Virus record (IMG/VR): IMGVR_UViG_3300031707_002920
Coordinates: 1-64,000 of that record
Reading direction: 5' to 3' (one strand)
Length of the DNA: 64,000 nucleotides
From: a virus
Below, in pieces: positions 37,669 to 47,400 of the stretch. The stretch's first letter is position 1. Each line of letters starts with the position of its first letter. The translations under genes were made by a program, and so were the position numbers. The notes under the pieces were generated by a model. It worked only from the letters and a program-made list of their open reading frames with translations, was not told the DNA's origin and did no database searches.

Positions 37669-38793
37669 ATGAGAATTGGCTATTCAGCATGGGGATTTAT
37701 AGGTGATGGACTCGTAGACTCTCCAGACGGTGGACGTTTAACAAGAGCATTGCTTATTGAACACTTACTTAAAGAAAACTACGACATTATGTGGTTACAA
37801 GAAAATCGTGATGTCGATTATCATAGCATGCCATTATTTAGGCTCTCAGTAAGTAAATCTTACAAAGATGAACAAAGACAAACGCTTTGTAAAATAAAAT
37901 ATGATAATGGTTTTCCACAAATTGATGTATTATTCCTTGAATGGCGATGGAAAATACCGGGCAGGAATTGTGACGTTTCTATTGAAGATGCTAAATACAC
38001 TCCAGATTATGATAGACAGACGCAATTACTATTACATTACATCAACATGTCAACTAAAATTATCATTTGGGATAAGGATGAAAAACTCACTTTTAATGAC
38101 GAACATTGGCTTGATCATCATAAGAAGCATCAATTTCAAGTCACAATATTGTCGCCTGCGATTTATCCTCCTAAGATAATCTTCGAACGAAAAACGCTAT
38201 TGTTTCCGTGTCAGTTAAGTAAGATAAAGGGCACTAAAATAAACAAACGATACGAATATCTTATTGGTTATGTTGGTTCTCAGTATGAGCGCGATGACCA
38301 GATCTATAAATATATCAATCCTTTTTCTTTTCAATGGGCTCAATTAACTAAACAACTGCAAGTGATATTTGTCGGCAATTGGTTAAAATATGATGATCAG
38401 GCTAAGAGAAATTTAGTCAATTTTCCGCATATTAAATTTGAAGATAGAATCTTACCAAAAGATATGGGAACTATTTATAGTAAATGTTTGGCTTCAGTCT
38501 TATTATGCAAACAAAACTATGCACGGCATTGTCACATAACACAGAGGATTTATGAACTTGCAATGAACGGCGTGATTGCTATCGGCCTTAAAGAGCAAAT
38601 AGACATTGATAAATTTATTAATAAGTCACTCATAATTTCAGATGCTTATGATCTTGTACAAGTGATCGACATGCTGCGCAGGTCGTCAATTGATTTTCGA
38701 CAGCAAATATTAGATGAGCATATCGAAAGATTAGAACCATTTGATATAAACAATGTCATGAACAAGTTTAGAGAAGTACTAAGCCATGCATAG
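37669..38793 (+). CDS. GT-B-fold glycosyltransferase, candidate DNA-modifying enzyme
   Basis: IGYVG.QYERD, ITQRIYE; replication context. Confidence 0.65.
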   Translation: MRIGYSAWGFIGDGLVDSPDGGRLTRALLIEHLLKENYDIMWLQENRDVDYHSMPLFRLSVSKSYKDEQRQTLCKIKYDNGFPQIDVLFLEWRWKIPGRNCDVSIEDAKYTPDYDRQTQLLLHYINMSTKIIIWDKDEKLTFNDEHWLDHHKKHQFQVTILSPAIYPPKIIFERKTLLFPCQLSKIKGTKINKRYEYLIGYVGSQYERDDQIYKYINPFSFQWAQLTKQLQVIFVGNWLKYDDQAKRNLVNFPHIKFEDRILPKDMGTIYSKCLASVLLCKQNYARHCHITQRIYELAMNGVIAIGLKEQIDIDKFINKSLIISDAYDLVQVIDMLRRSSIDFRQQILDEHIERLEPFDINNVMNKFREVLSHA

Positions 38794-40405
38794 ATTTGAC
38801 CAAAAAAATGTGTCTGATTTCTTTCCGTATCCGACATATAGACAGTATCAATTAGAGACCATTAATAAAATTCAACAACATTTTGTTGATGGTGTTAAAG
38901 ACATTATTATAGAGATGCCTACTGGTTCTGGAAAATCGCCTGTAGCAATTGCATGTGGATTATGGTCAGAGAATTCTTATTGTTTAACTTCACAAAAAAT
39001 CTTGCAAGATCAATATATTAAAGATTTCACTGAAGATTACAGGATTTCTGTGTTGAAAGGTCGCAGCAATTATGAGTGCACATTTTTGGGTGATCCTGCA
39101 ATGTGTAACGAGTGCTATGAACCTGCCAGAAAGCAATGTTATAAAAACGGAACGTGCCTTTATCAGATTGCTAAGAAAAGAACAATTAATTCTATTATAG
39201 CGTTGATGAATTATTCATACTTTCTGAATGTGACAGATTGTGATCCTAATAAATCGTTCGGTAAGAAGAAATTGTTGATTTGTGACGAGTGTCACTCGCT
39301 TGAGGGCGAGCTTATGGGGCAGGTCGAGTTCATTTTATCAGAATTTATGTTTAAGCGATCAGGGTATCCTGTTGCTATTCCCACATATGAATCATTAGAT
39401 CAATATGAAGCGTGGATAAAAGAAAATATAGAACAAGTGCAAGCGATTTTAAAGAAAAAAAATGATGAGTTAGATAGTTTGAATAGACAGCGAGTGAGTC
39501 TTAGTCGTGAATCTTTTAATTTTAAAAAAATGTCAGGAGAGACGGCTGAACTAGTGTCGCAAGTTGAAGAAATTGATCGTCTTTATCGACGAATGAATAC
39601 GTTTTTGAATACTATAGGTTTAGTTGAATGGGTGTTTACGGTCGAAAGAACTGAAAAATTAAAGATGAAGAAAGTGATTTTTAAACCATTGACGATTAAT
39701 TTATTTGCACCCGATTGTTTATTAAATTACGGTGAACAACGACTTTACATGTCAGCTACTATTTTAGATAAAAAGAGTTTTTGTCATAGTCTTGGTATCA
39801 ATTGTGATGAAGCTGCTTTTATAAGAGTGCCATCAACGTTTCCTGCTAAAAATCGGAAGATATTTTTTACAAATTCTGGTTTTATGAACTTAGCGAATAT
39901 CGACGATACGTTACCAAATATTGTCAGAGACTTGAAAAAAGCACTGGCATATCATAAGTCTGAAAAAGCACTAGTGCATTGTCATTCATATAAGATTGCA
40001 AATTACATACAAGAAAATTGTCATGACCATCGGTTGATTTTTCATAATTCAGAGAATCGTGAAAAGATGCTTCAAAAGTTTATGCAATCGACAGATCCTA
40101 TGGTTTTAGTTTCGCCGTCTATGACTGAGGGTCTTGATCTTAAAGATGACTTAGCACGTTGGGAAATTATAGTCAAAGTACCGTATTTATATTTGGGTGA
40201 TAAACAAGTATCTAGAAGAATGGCAATTGATCCTGATTGGTACAATTGGCAAACATGCCTGACACTGGTTCAGAGTTACGGTCGCATTTTTAGATCAGAG
40301 ACTGATTGGGGAACAGTATATGTATTTGATAGTGGAGCAAGAGGATTTATACAACGTAATGTAAGTATTTTACCACAATGGTTTATCGACGCTTGTCAAT
40401 TTTAA
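38786..40405 (+). CDS. DinG/Rad3-like SF2 helicase
   Basis: PTGSGKS, LKGRSNYEC, DECH, MSAT, EGLD, QSYGRIFR. Confidence 0.9.
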   Translation: MHRFDQKNVSDFFPYPTYRQYQLETINKIQQHFVDGVKDIIIEMPTGSGKSPVAIACGLWSENSYCLTSQKILQDQYIKDFTEDYRISVLKGRSNYECTFLGDPAMCNECYEPARKQCYKNGTCLYQIAKKRTINSIIALMNYSYFLNVTDCDPNKSFGKKKLLICDECHSLEGELMGQVEFILSEFMFKRSGYPVAIPTYESLDQYEAWIKENIEQVQAILKKKNDELDSLNRQRVSLSRESFNFKKMSGETAELVSQVEEIDRLYRRMNTFLNTIGLVEWVFTVERTEKLKMKKVIFKPLTINLFAPDCLLNYGEQRLYMSATILDKKSFCHSLGINCDEAAFIRVPSTFPAKNRKIFFTNSGFMNLANIDDTLPNIVRDLKKALAYHKSEKALVHCHSYKIANYIQENCHDHRLIFHNSENREKMLQKFMQSTDPMVLVSPSMTEGLDLKDDLARWEIIVKVPYLYLGDKQVSRRMAIDPDWYNWQTCLTLVQSYGRIFRSETDWGTVYVFDSGARGFIQRNVSILPQWFIDACQF

Positions 40406-40453
40406 GTAGAGCAGCTATATCAATCTACGCAAAGCAGGTTGATTATAAAAGTT

Positions 40454-40669
40454 ATGAGAACTACAATTGAAGTAGCTCCTGATAAACGAAGAATTTGGCG
40501 ACAATGGTGTAAGAAATTTAAATTAAGTAGTGTAAAGTTATTTGATAAATTAATTGAGAAGATCGAGCAACGACAACAACAAGAGTTTTATAATTCATTG
40601 CCAAGACCTATAAAATATGTTAAGCCATTGGAAAATAAAAGAATTAGGAAATTTGTATACAAAAAATAG
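40454..40669 (+). CDS. Small basic protein, ribbon-helix-helix-like (duplicated at 41457-41672)
   Basis: MRTTIEV...IWRQWCKKFKLSSVKLFDKLIE. Confidence 0.6.
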   Translation: MRTTIEVAPDKRRIWRQWCKKFKLSSVKLFDKLIEKIEQRQQQEFYNSLPRPIKYVKPLENKRIRKFVYKK

Positions 40670-40689
40670 GTTCATATAATAACTAGTTG
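40653..40689 (+). promoter_or_regulatory. Sigma70-type promoter abutting an attI-like cassette insertion site
   Basis: TTGTAT-16 nt-TATAAT, then AACTAGTTG; the two repeat copies diverge right after this GTTG. Confidence 0.7.
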
Positions 40690-41283
40690 CACGCAATAGG
40701 CCGCGAACCATGTTGGAGGTGAATTTTGGAAACGAGAATTATTCGTAACGCCAGTTGTAAATGTAGCGATTGCATGGGACCGGAGCGGGGTATCTGCCCT
40801 CGTAAGGGTTTCCAAAATTCACGGAGCACTAAGGAGTCGCGGCCTACAGTCCGGCGAAACGCCCGTGCAACAGACAAAGTGCGCCATGTAGATGATGGCC
40901 GTGTCGTTCCAGTAGATGGGTATGGTCAGCACAGCCACCCCGATTTTTTTCACGATTGATTACGGCGCACGTTTGTCAACCGTTGTTTGCAATTGTCAAT
41001 TTCTCTTATATACTGAGGTGGCGCTATGATGACAGAACGGTGCGGAAGGTGTGCGAATCTAAGTGGGTTATGTGCTATGGTCGGCTGTGGTGGCTTCGTC
41101 GAGAAAGCGCCACTGGAAGCTGTGGAAGAAATTGCCAACAGCACACAACAAACCAATGGCGCAGGGGCTGAAGCCACATTACCGCCCAGGTGCCTCATCA
41201 CTGGTTGTTACGACGATGCAGAACCTACATCTGTGTTCTGTGCGTGGCATAATATAGGGCGGTAACGTCGCCATTGGTCAAAC

Positions 41284-41380
41284 GTTGTAAGAAATGCTGG
41301 CCGTTCTGAAATTATAGGGCGGCGGCAAAACCAAAACAAGGAGAAAACATGAAACGCATTATCGAGAAGTACGACCACCA
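41284..41380 (+). repeat. Truncated copy of the cassette beginning at 43177
   Basis: 97 bp identical to 43177-43273. Confidence 0.93.
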
Positions 41381-41692
41381 ATGGTTTATCGACGCTTGTC
41401 AATTTTAAGTAGAGCAGCTATATCAATCTACGCAAAGCAGGTTGATTATAAAAGTTATGAGAACTACAATTGAAGTAGCTCCTGATAAACGAAGAATTTG
41501 GCGACAATGGTGTAAGAAATTTAAATTAAGTAGTGTAAAGTTATTTGATAAATTAATTGAGAAGATCGAGCAACGACAACAACAAGAGTTTTATAATTCA
41601 TTGCCAAGACCTATAAAATATGTTAAGCCATTGGAAAATAAAAGAATTAGGAAATTTGTATACAAAAAATAGGTTCATATAATAACTAGTTG
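41379..41692 (+). repeat. 314-bp direct repeat, copy 2
   Basis: Identical to 40376-40689. Confidence 0.95.
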
Positions 41693-41731
41693 TCGGAAAT
41701 TCCGCGCAGGTTTTATGATTGGAGGCGGCGC

Positions 41732-41962
41732 ATGAGAGATAGTGATTTCAAACGCAAATTGTTCTGGGAGTGCATCGACAATCTGGGATCGAAGGGGCGT
41801 AGCAGCGCCGCTAAACTGGCGGAACCTGCGCTCCACATCCCACAACAGGGCCAGCACAAAATTTGCCCTCAATGTGGTGGCAATCTTGTGGAGATGTATC
41901 AGGCTGATGTTTACATTTGCAATGATTGCGGTATCAAGGTTACGGGCAAACTTCGTGCGTAG
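41732..41962 (+). CDS. Cassette ORF, Zn-ribbon protein
   Basis: GGAGG RBS; CPQCG...CNDCG. Confidence 0.6.
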   Translation: MRDSDFKRKLFWECIDNLGSKGRSSAAKLAEPALHIPQQGQHKICPQCGGNLVEMYQADVYICNDCGIKVTGKLRA

Positions 41963-42015
41963 CCCGAACCGTTGTATGCAACCGGTCACGCGACCATATT
42001 GTAAAGGGGCGACAA

Positions 42016-42339
42016 ATGACAATCATCCAGGCGTTATCAAGCATTCGCGGTGAGTTGGAGGAAGCGGAGCGCAAGTTCCCCTCGTTTCCTACAGACCCGG
42101 TACACGCCGCCGCAATAGTGGTTGAGGAAGCTGGTGAGCTACAACAGGCAGCATTGCAGTTTACGTATGAAGGCGGCGGCTGGGCTGAGTTGCACAACGA
42201 GGCTGTGCAGGTTGGCGCGATGGCGCTCCGCTTTCTTTGTCACATAGATTCGATGAAGAGTCGTCCCTCCGAGCAGGTGGAGCGCGTGCCCGGCAGCATA
42301 CAACAGGGCCAGCACGAAACGGCGGCTGACAAGGGGTAG
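42016..42339 (+). CDS. Cassette ORF, MazG-like nucleotide pyrophosphohydrolase
   Basis: HAAAIVVEEAGEL...EAVQVGAMALRF. Confidence 0.75.
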   Translation: MTIIQALSSIRGELEEAERKFPSFPTDPVHAAAIVVEEAGELQQAALQFTYEGGGWAELHNEAVQVGAMALRFLCHIDSMKSRPSEQVERVPGSIQQGQHETAADKG

Positions 42340-42451
42340 GGGATTATAGGCCGCCGCATCGTGCGAGTGGCCCGGGACGTTGTAAGAAATTCGCCCCGCT
42401 TTGAGAATATTTAGGCGAGCGCGAAAACCAAAAACAAAAAAGGAGAAACAA

Positions 42452-42787
42452 ATGCAAGCAGGACCGGTATCGATATTTCAGTCCCCGAATATTGTAAGGG
42501 ACCTTCGTGTCTTGCCCGAGTTTAAGACCGTTGCACAACAATTTCGAGATGATTTAGGGCACAAAATGGTGGAGCACAAAAAGAAAATCAAAACTGACGG
42601 TAATAAACTGTGTGGATTTATTGTGTCTCCTGAGTACAAAGCTATGTTACTTACTTTTTGCCAGGACCTTGTTCAGCTACCTACTATTATGGGTGAGTTA
42701 CCTATGCTGTACGGGATGCCCATTGAAGATGGAGAGGTCTCAAATATCGCGTTCAAATTTGAAAAAGACGCGCTCGCAGGACACTAA
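42452..42787 (+). CDS. Cassette ORF, hypothetical
   Basis: AGGAG RBS inside the cassette frame. Confidence 0.65.
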   Translation: MQAGPVSIFQSPNIVRDLRVLPEFKTVAQQFRDDLGHKMVEHKKKIKTDGNKLCGFIVSPEYKAMLLTFCQDLVQLPTIMGELPMLYGMPIEDGEVSNIAFKFEKDALAGH

Positions 42788-42800
42788 GGAGGCGGGGCGA

Positions 42801-42886
42801 ACATCTTACAACACAGCAAGGGATGCCAGAAACGCAGGACATTAAGGATTGAATTTTATTATAGGCGTTTCCAGCACCCGTTGCTG
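42801..42886 (+). repeat. attC-like site, identical to 43629-43714
   Basis: 86-bp exact repeat; CAGCAAGGGATGC...GCACCCGTTGCTG hairpin. Confidence 0.9.
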
Positions 42887-43241
42887 AACGCGTTGGTTGA
42901 AATTCCAGTCGATTTATTTTATTGAAAGGTTGCGAATTATGTTTGTTCCAATTTGGCTGCTTATCGTCTTATCGGGGTTTGGTTGCTGGGGCACACTTAT
43001 ATTCATCAATGCCATTCGCAACAGGAAATCTAAGGTGGTATCTCCTTCCGCATTCGCACAACAGGCAAAGTGTGCCATGCTTCCGTGTCTCGGCTATTTA
43101 GAATCTGAGTGTGAAAATTGTAGCAACTACAATCTGTACCGTAAACCGTAGCGGCACGGCACACATTTGCCGAACCGTTGTAAGAAATGCTGGCCGTTCT
43201 GAAATTATAGGGCGGCGGCAAAACCAAAACAAGGAGAAAAC

Positions 43242-43592
43242 ATGAAACGCATTATCGAGAAGTACGACCACCAGTTTATCAAAGATGGTAAGCGCATTTT
43301 CTGTACCTATGTTACTGTGCCATTTTCAGAGTTGCCTGAAGACTGTGATTTTTCTGGATTGGATGTGTCTATTATCAACGTGCTGTATGATGACTGTCAC
43401 ATCGCTGTTACGGGGTTTGATAGCAATCAAAACGGTATCTCAGTAGAGATACCCCCTACGCTGAAATTTCTATTTTATAAGGCAAGGGAGCAAGGTCAAG
43501 CGGTGTGTGCTGAATTGCTGACGAAGCATAACTTTGAAACAAACTGCATCAAGTTCAAAAAGGATATAGGGTACAGTAACACGGTAGCATAA
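43242..43592 (+). CDS. Cassette ORF, hypothetical
   Basis: AGGAG RBS. Confidence 0.7.
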   Translation: MKRIIEKYDHQFIKDGKRIFCTYVTVPFSELPEDCDFSGLDVSIINVLYDDCHIAVTGFDSNQNGISVEIPPTLKFLFYKAREQGQAVCAELLTKHNFETNCIKFKKDIGYSNTVA

Positions 43593-45503
43593 GAGAGCCG
43601 CCGCCAAGACATTAGGGATACGGCCAGCACATCTTACAACACAGCAAGGGATGCCAGAAACGCAGGACATTAAGGATTGAATTTTATTATAGGCGTTTCC
43701 AGCACCCGTTGCTGGGCGTTGGTGGAAATAAACTTTTCTTTGGAGGTTATATGTTTGCCGAATTTGACAAGGTGATTAGGTGCCTTGCGTTGGAGTTACC
43801 CGAGTCCGTACATGCCGATGTTGTGGCGAAGTACGGCAAACTGAAAGCTGAGGTGGAAAAGTTTACATCCACCAACAGCGCTATGGATGCAATAAACGCT
43901 TACATTAAGGAATATGATAGCAAGCTGATTACTACTCCCGATGAAAAATGTGCATTGGCGGTGTGTGAATTTACGGATAAGTATGCTAATATTTTTAGGC
44001 GTTTACTGCACCAGTAGCGCAGACGTTGGGTGCAATTCGCGCCCGACCATATGATAGGCGGTTTCGCTATGAAGATATGTCGAAAGTGTAGTATCGTTTA
44101 CGAGAATCGTACTTGCCCGCTGTGTAATCTGCGCAAGCACGATAATCTTGTCCACGACTTCATCGAGTCAAAGGGACGAAGTCTTGTTCGGGAGTTGGTA
44201 GCCTATTTGCAGCACCGCGAAACCGCAGCAGATAGCGGAGCGGGCGCGAACAGCACCCAACATTCGCAGCACAAAAGTTGCCCTACATTCAACCGAGATT
44301 GTCATTTCTCTGTTGTCAAGATACAGTGTACGAATGCCGGAGATTGTCCATGTTAAACGGGCAACCTTCGTGCGGTGCGGTGAACGTTGGTGTAAATTTC
44401 GGTCGCTCTAAAACACGAATTATAGGAGGCGCAAAAATGTCAGGAACGATTTATCATACGTGTTCGGTATGTGGAAGCGAAATGTATCCGAAGATTGGAG
44501 GGCGATCAAACGGCGACACCATAACAGAGTTTGTCATGGTGCCGTGTAAGATTTGCGCCTCTGAAAAAGAGGAATCCGCTCCCTCCGCATCCACCAACAG
44601 CGCTATGGTGTCATTGTGCTTAAAATGTAAATATACTTTTTCTTGTATAATGGCTGGTGAACACGTGCGAGAATCTTGTCCTACAAATGAGTTCGCACAA
44701 CGGCACCAGTAGCGCGGACGGTGGTGTAAATAAACCGCGCTTGGAGGTTATAGGTGGCCGCCGATGAAGTGCTTCGATTTATGATCCGATGGTTTGCGCG
44801 ACACGATACGCCGCCGACGGTTCGCCAGGTATGGAAAGCGGCCACGAAAGCAGCGGAGGCGCGGTTTACATCCACCAACAAAGCAAGTGCGCCATGCCCA
44901 CAGTGTGTAGATTTTGGCGCTATTCCGCCGCTTGTCAACTATTGTAAAACCTGTGGCCGTAAGCTACATGAGCACGGCGCACGTTGCTGAACCGTTGTAA
45001 GAAATGCTCACCATTTTTGAATTTATGGGTGGGCGCAAAAAGGAGACCTAATGCAGAACGTTTACGATGTTTTAAAATACAGGTTGTCTTTTATCTATGT
45101 TGTGTTAGCCTACACCTATTTGGTGTTAGCCTACATTTTTTGTATCATCATTAGTCCTTTGGGATTATTTTTAATGCTTTTTGAAAAACCTAAAATATGT
45201 TGTGTATGTAATAAGCGTATTGGTAAAAAAGAAGCTTGGACAAGTTATATTCATAGACCTGCTCATTATTCGTGTGTAGAAAACAAATGGTCATACTGGT
45301 ATCAATTTGGCCCTATGGATAATCCTGATTATTGGCGTTATTTAGGTAGGAGTGCGCCCACAGAACAATAAGGAAATGGTGAGCACATCTTACAACAAAC
45401 AAATGGTGCCGAAGACTAAATCGTGAGTACACGACTTCACCATTTGTTGGACGTTGTACGCAAGTTTGGCGGTTCTGAATTTGATAGGCCGCCGAGGAGA
45501 AAT

Positions 45504-45877
45504 ATGGCATACCTTCATTGTCACAAGTGCGGCTGGTCACAGGATGATTTTTGGTATTGGCGGTGGTCTGGCCTCAAACAGTTTTGGAGGTGGCGGCATA
45601 TGCCATTTGGCTATAATCCCGTTTCTCTTATTCTCGAAGATTTTGCCGAATACTGGAAGCCGCGCATGATAGGAATGGACTGTGTTTGGGCGCGTGAAAA
45701 TGGTTTTAAAAGTAGTAATATTTTTCTTGGCATATTATGCTTTGGTCAATGGGTCGTCATGCGCGGCGTGTATTTAGTCAACGGTGGTGGTTTGACGATC
45801 AGTTTAAACGGGATTATAAAAACAATAAGGCCAAATGTCCTTCGTGCAAGTCACCAGATGATTTTGATATAGACTAA
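45504..45877 (+). pseudogene. Cassette ORF with a frameshift near 45720 (Zn-finger protein)
   Basis: MAYLHCHKCGWSQDDFW...; alternative frame continues FSWHYMLW...AKCPSCKSPDDFDID*. Confidence 0.6.
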
Positions 45878-46628
45878 TCGGCGGCAGAAGAATATTGAAA
45901 CCGCCAAACCAGACGTACAACAGCCGCAGCTTGAAACGGCTTTACACTAATGATTATGTTTTTGTAGGCCGCATCAAGCGTGCGGCAAACGTTGTAGTCA
46001 ATGCCGTGCCGAGTCTTTATTGTAGGTGCGGCCATAAGGAGCAAGTATGTTTTCATGGATGCATCGTGGTAAAGTTGAACGACCTATGTCCGAATTTCAT
46101 GCCGAGTATATGGCCACACAGAGAGCAAAAGAGGAGTCGGCACGTCACAGCCTACAACAGCTAAAGGCTGAAATTGCCGCTACTATGCTTCCAGCTATTG
46201 TGGCATTAAGTAAAGGTGATATGATTACAGTCGCTAAATGTATTGACGAACTGCGGCAACTATCAGCCGTTTAGCGAACGTTGGTTGAAATTCCAGTCAT
46301 GCTTTTTATGTTTGGAGGCGAACATGCTGTACTTTATCATAGGATGTCTAATAATCGGGTTGTTTATCTCGTTTTCAATAGGTTGGTGGTGTGGCGAACG
46401 GCATGTTCGCAGAAACACTATGGTAGGCATTCCTTCCACATCAACCAACAGCAAAAGTACGCCATGTAAATGCACCTCAGTGCCGTTGGTAATATCTGAG
46501 AAGTGTAGATGTCGTATCTGTGGTCGAGTGTGGGTTCAGTAACACGGCGTACATTTTGCGGACGTTGTAAGAAATGCGGTTGGCTCTGAAAATTATAAGC
46601 CGCCGCTAAAATCAAAACAAGGTATCAC

Positions 46629-47024
46629 ATGAAATTATCATCCTGCTCTCAAAAATTATATGGTAAACCTTTTTCAGATCTCACAGACTCTGAAAAAATA
46701 ACAGTTAGAAAAGAAACTGCAAAATTAACTGTAGAAGAAGAACTCGAAAAACAAACCAAACGCGAACAAGAGTGGCATGACAGAATCGAGGATCCTGGAC
46801 AATGGTTCTGCCCCCGATGCGGTCATAAACTAGAACCGGTAAGCAAGGACAATGAAGACTGGGGAGATTTTTGTAGCGGATACCATGAGGAGCACGGCAC
46901 TTTCTGGTTTCTATGCTCTAACAAAGACTGCACTTACAGTGAGGCTCCTCTTGTCGTCCATCATCCTGTTTATGGATGGCAATGCAGATCAGGAGATAGT
47001 TGGGCTATTGGTTACGTCAAATAA
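46629..47024 (+). CDS. Cassette ORF, Zn-ribbon protein
   Basis: FCPRCG...CSNKDC. Confidence 0.65.
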   Translation: MKLSSCSQKLYGKPFSDLTDSEKITVRKETAKLTVEEELEKQTKREQEWHDRIEDPGQWFCPRCGHKLEPVSKDNEDWGDFCSGYHEEHGTFWFLCSNKDCTYSEAPLVVHHPVYGWQCRSGDSWAIGYVK

Positions 47025-47066
47025 AGGCAGCGGCGGCGGGAAAGTAAGGAAGCCAACCGCACATCT

Positions 47067-47127
47067 TACAACAAATGCATGGCGGGGAGTACCCGCAAAT
47101 TTGGAGTACCAAACTTCGCCATGCATC
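47067..47127 (+). repeat. attC-like site, near-identical to 48389-48449
   Basis: ATGCATGGCG...CGCCATGCAT hairpin, one substitution between copies. Confidence 0.88.
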
Positions 47128-47169
47128 GGACGTTGTAGTCAATTGTCGAGCGCAAAGAAAGGAAATTAT

Positions 47170-47400
47170 ATGCCCGCCGAAGAATTGCTTCCGTGTCGTA
47201 AATGTGGGGCTCCTGCTGCGCCGATAGCTCCACCGAAAGATGGCTGGTCGTGTTTAATACACTGTTCAAAGTTTTGCGGTTATCATGAGCATGAAGGAAC
47301 GGTAGAGAAAACGGTTCTTGCGTGGAATCGGCGGGCGGACACTAAGGAGTGCGCTCGCCAACAGCCTACAACAACCGTATGCCAAAATGTCGACGAGTAA
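47170..47400 (+). CDS. Cassette ORF, Lar-family (restriction alleviation)-like Zn finger
   Basis: ELLPCRKCG...IHCSKFCG...AWNRRA. Confidence 0.65.
   Translation: MPAEELLPCRKCGAPAAPIAPPKDGWSCLIHCSKFCGYHEHEGTVEKTVLAWNRRADTKECARQQPTTTVCQNVDE

Larger units (their letters stand above)
40376..40689 (+). repeat. 314-bp direct repeat, copy 1 (copy 2 at 41379-41692)
   Basis: Identical from CAATGGTTTATC to AACTAGTTG; includes the small ORF, promoter and attI-like site. Confidence 0.95.

Noticed and set aside
40376-43273. Diversity-generating retroelement template/variable repeats
   Set aside because: Repeats are exact with no adenine-specific differences, and no reverse transcriptase is in the window.
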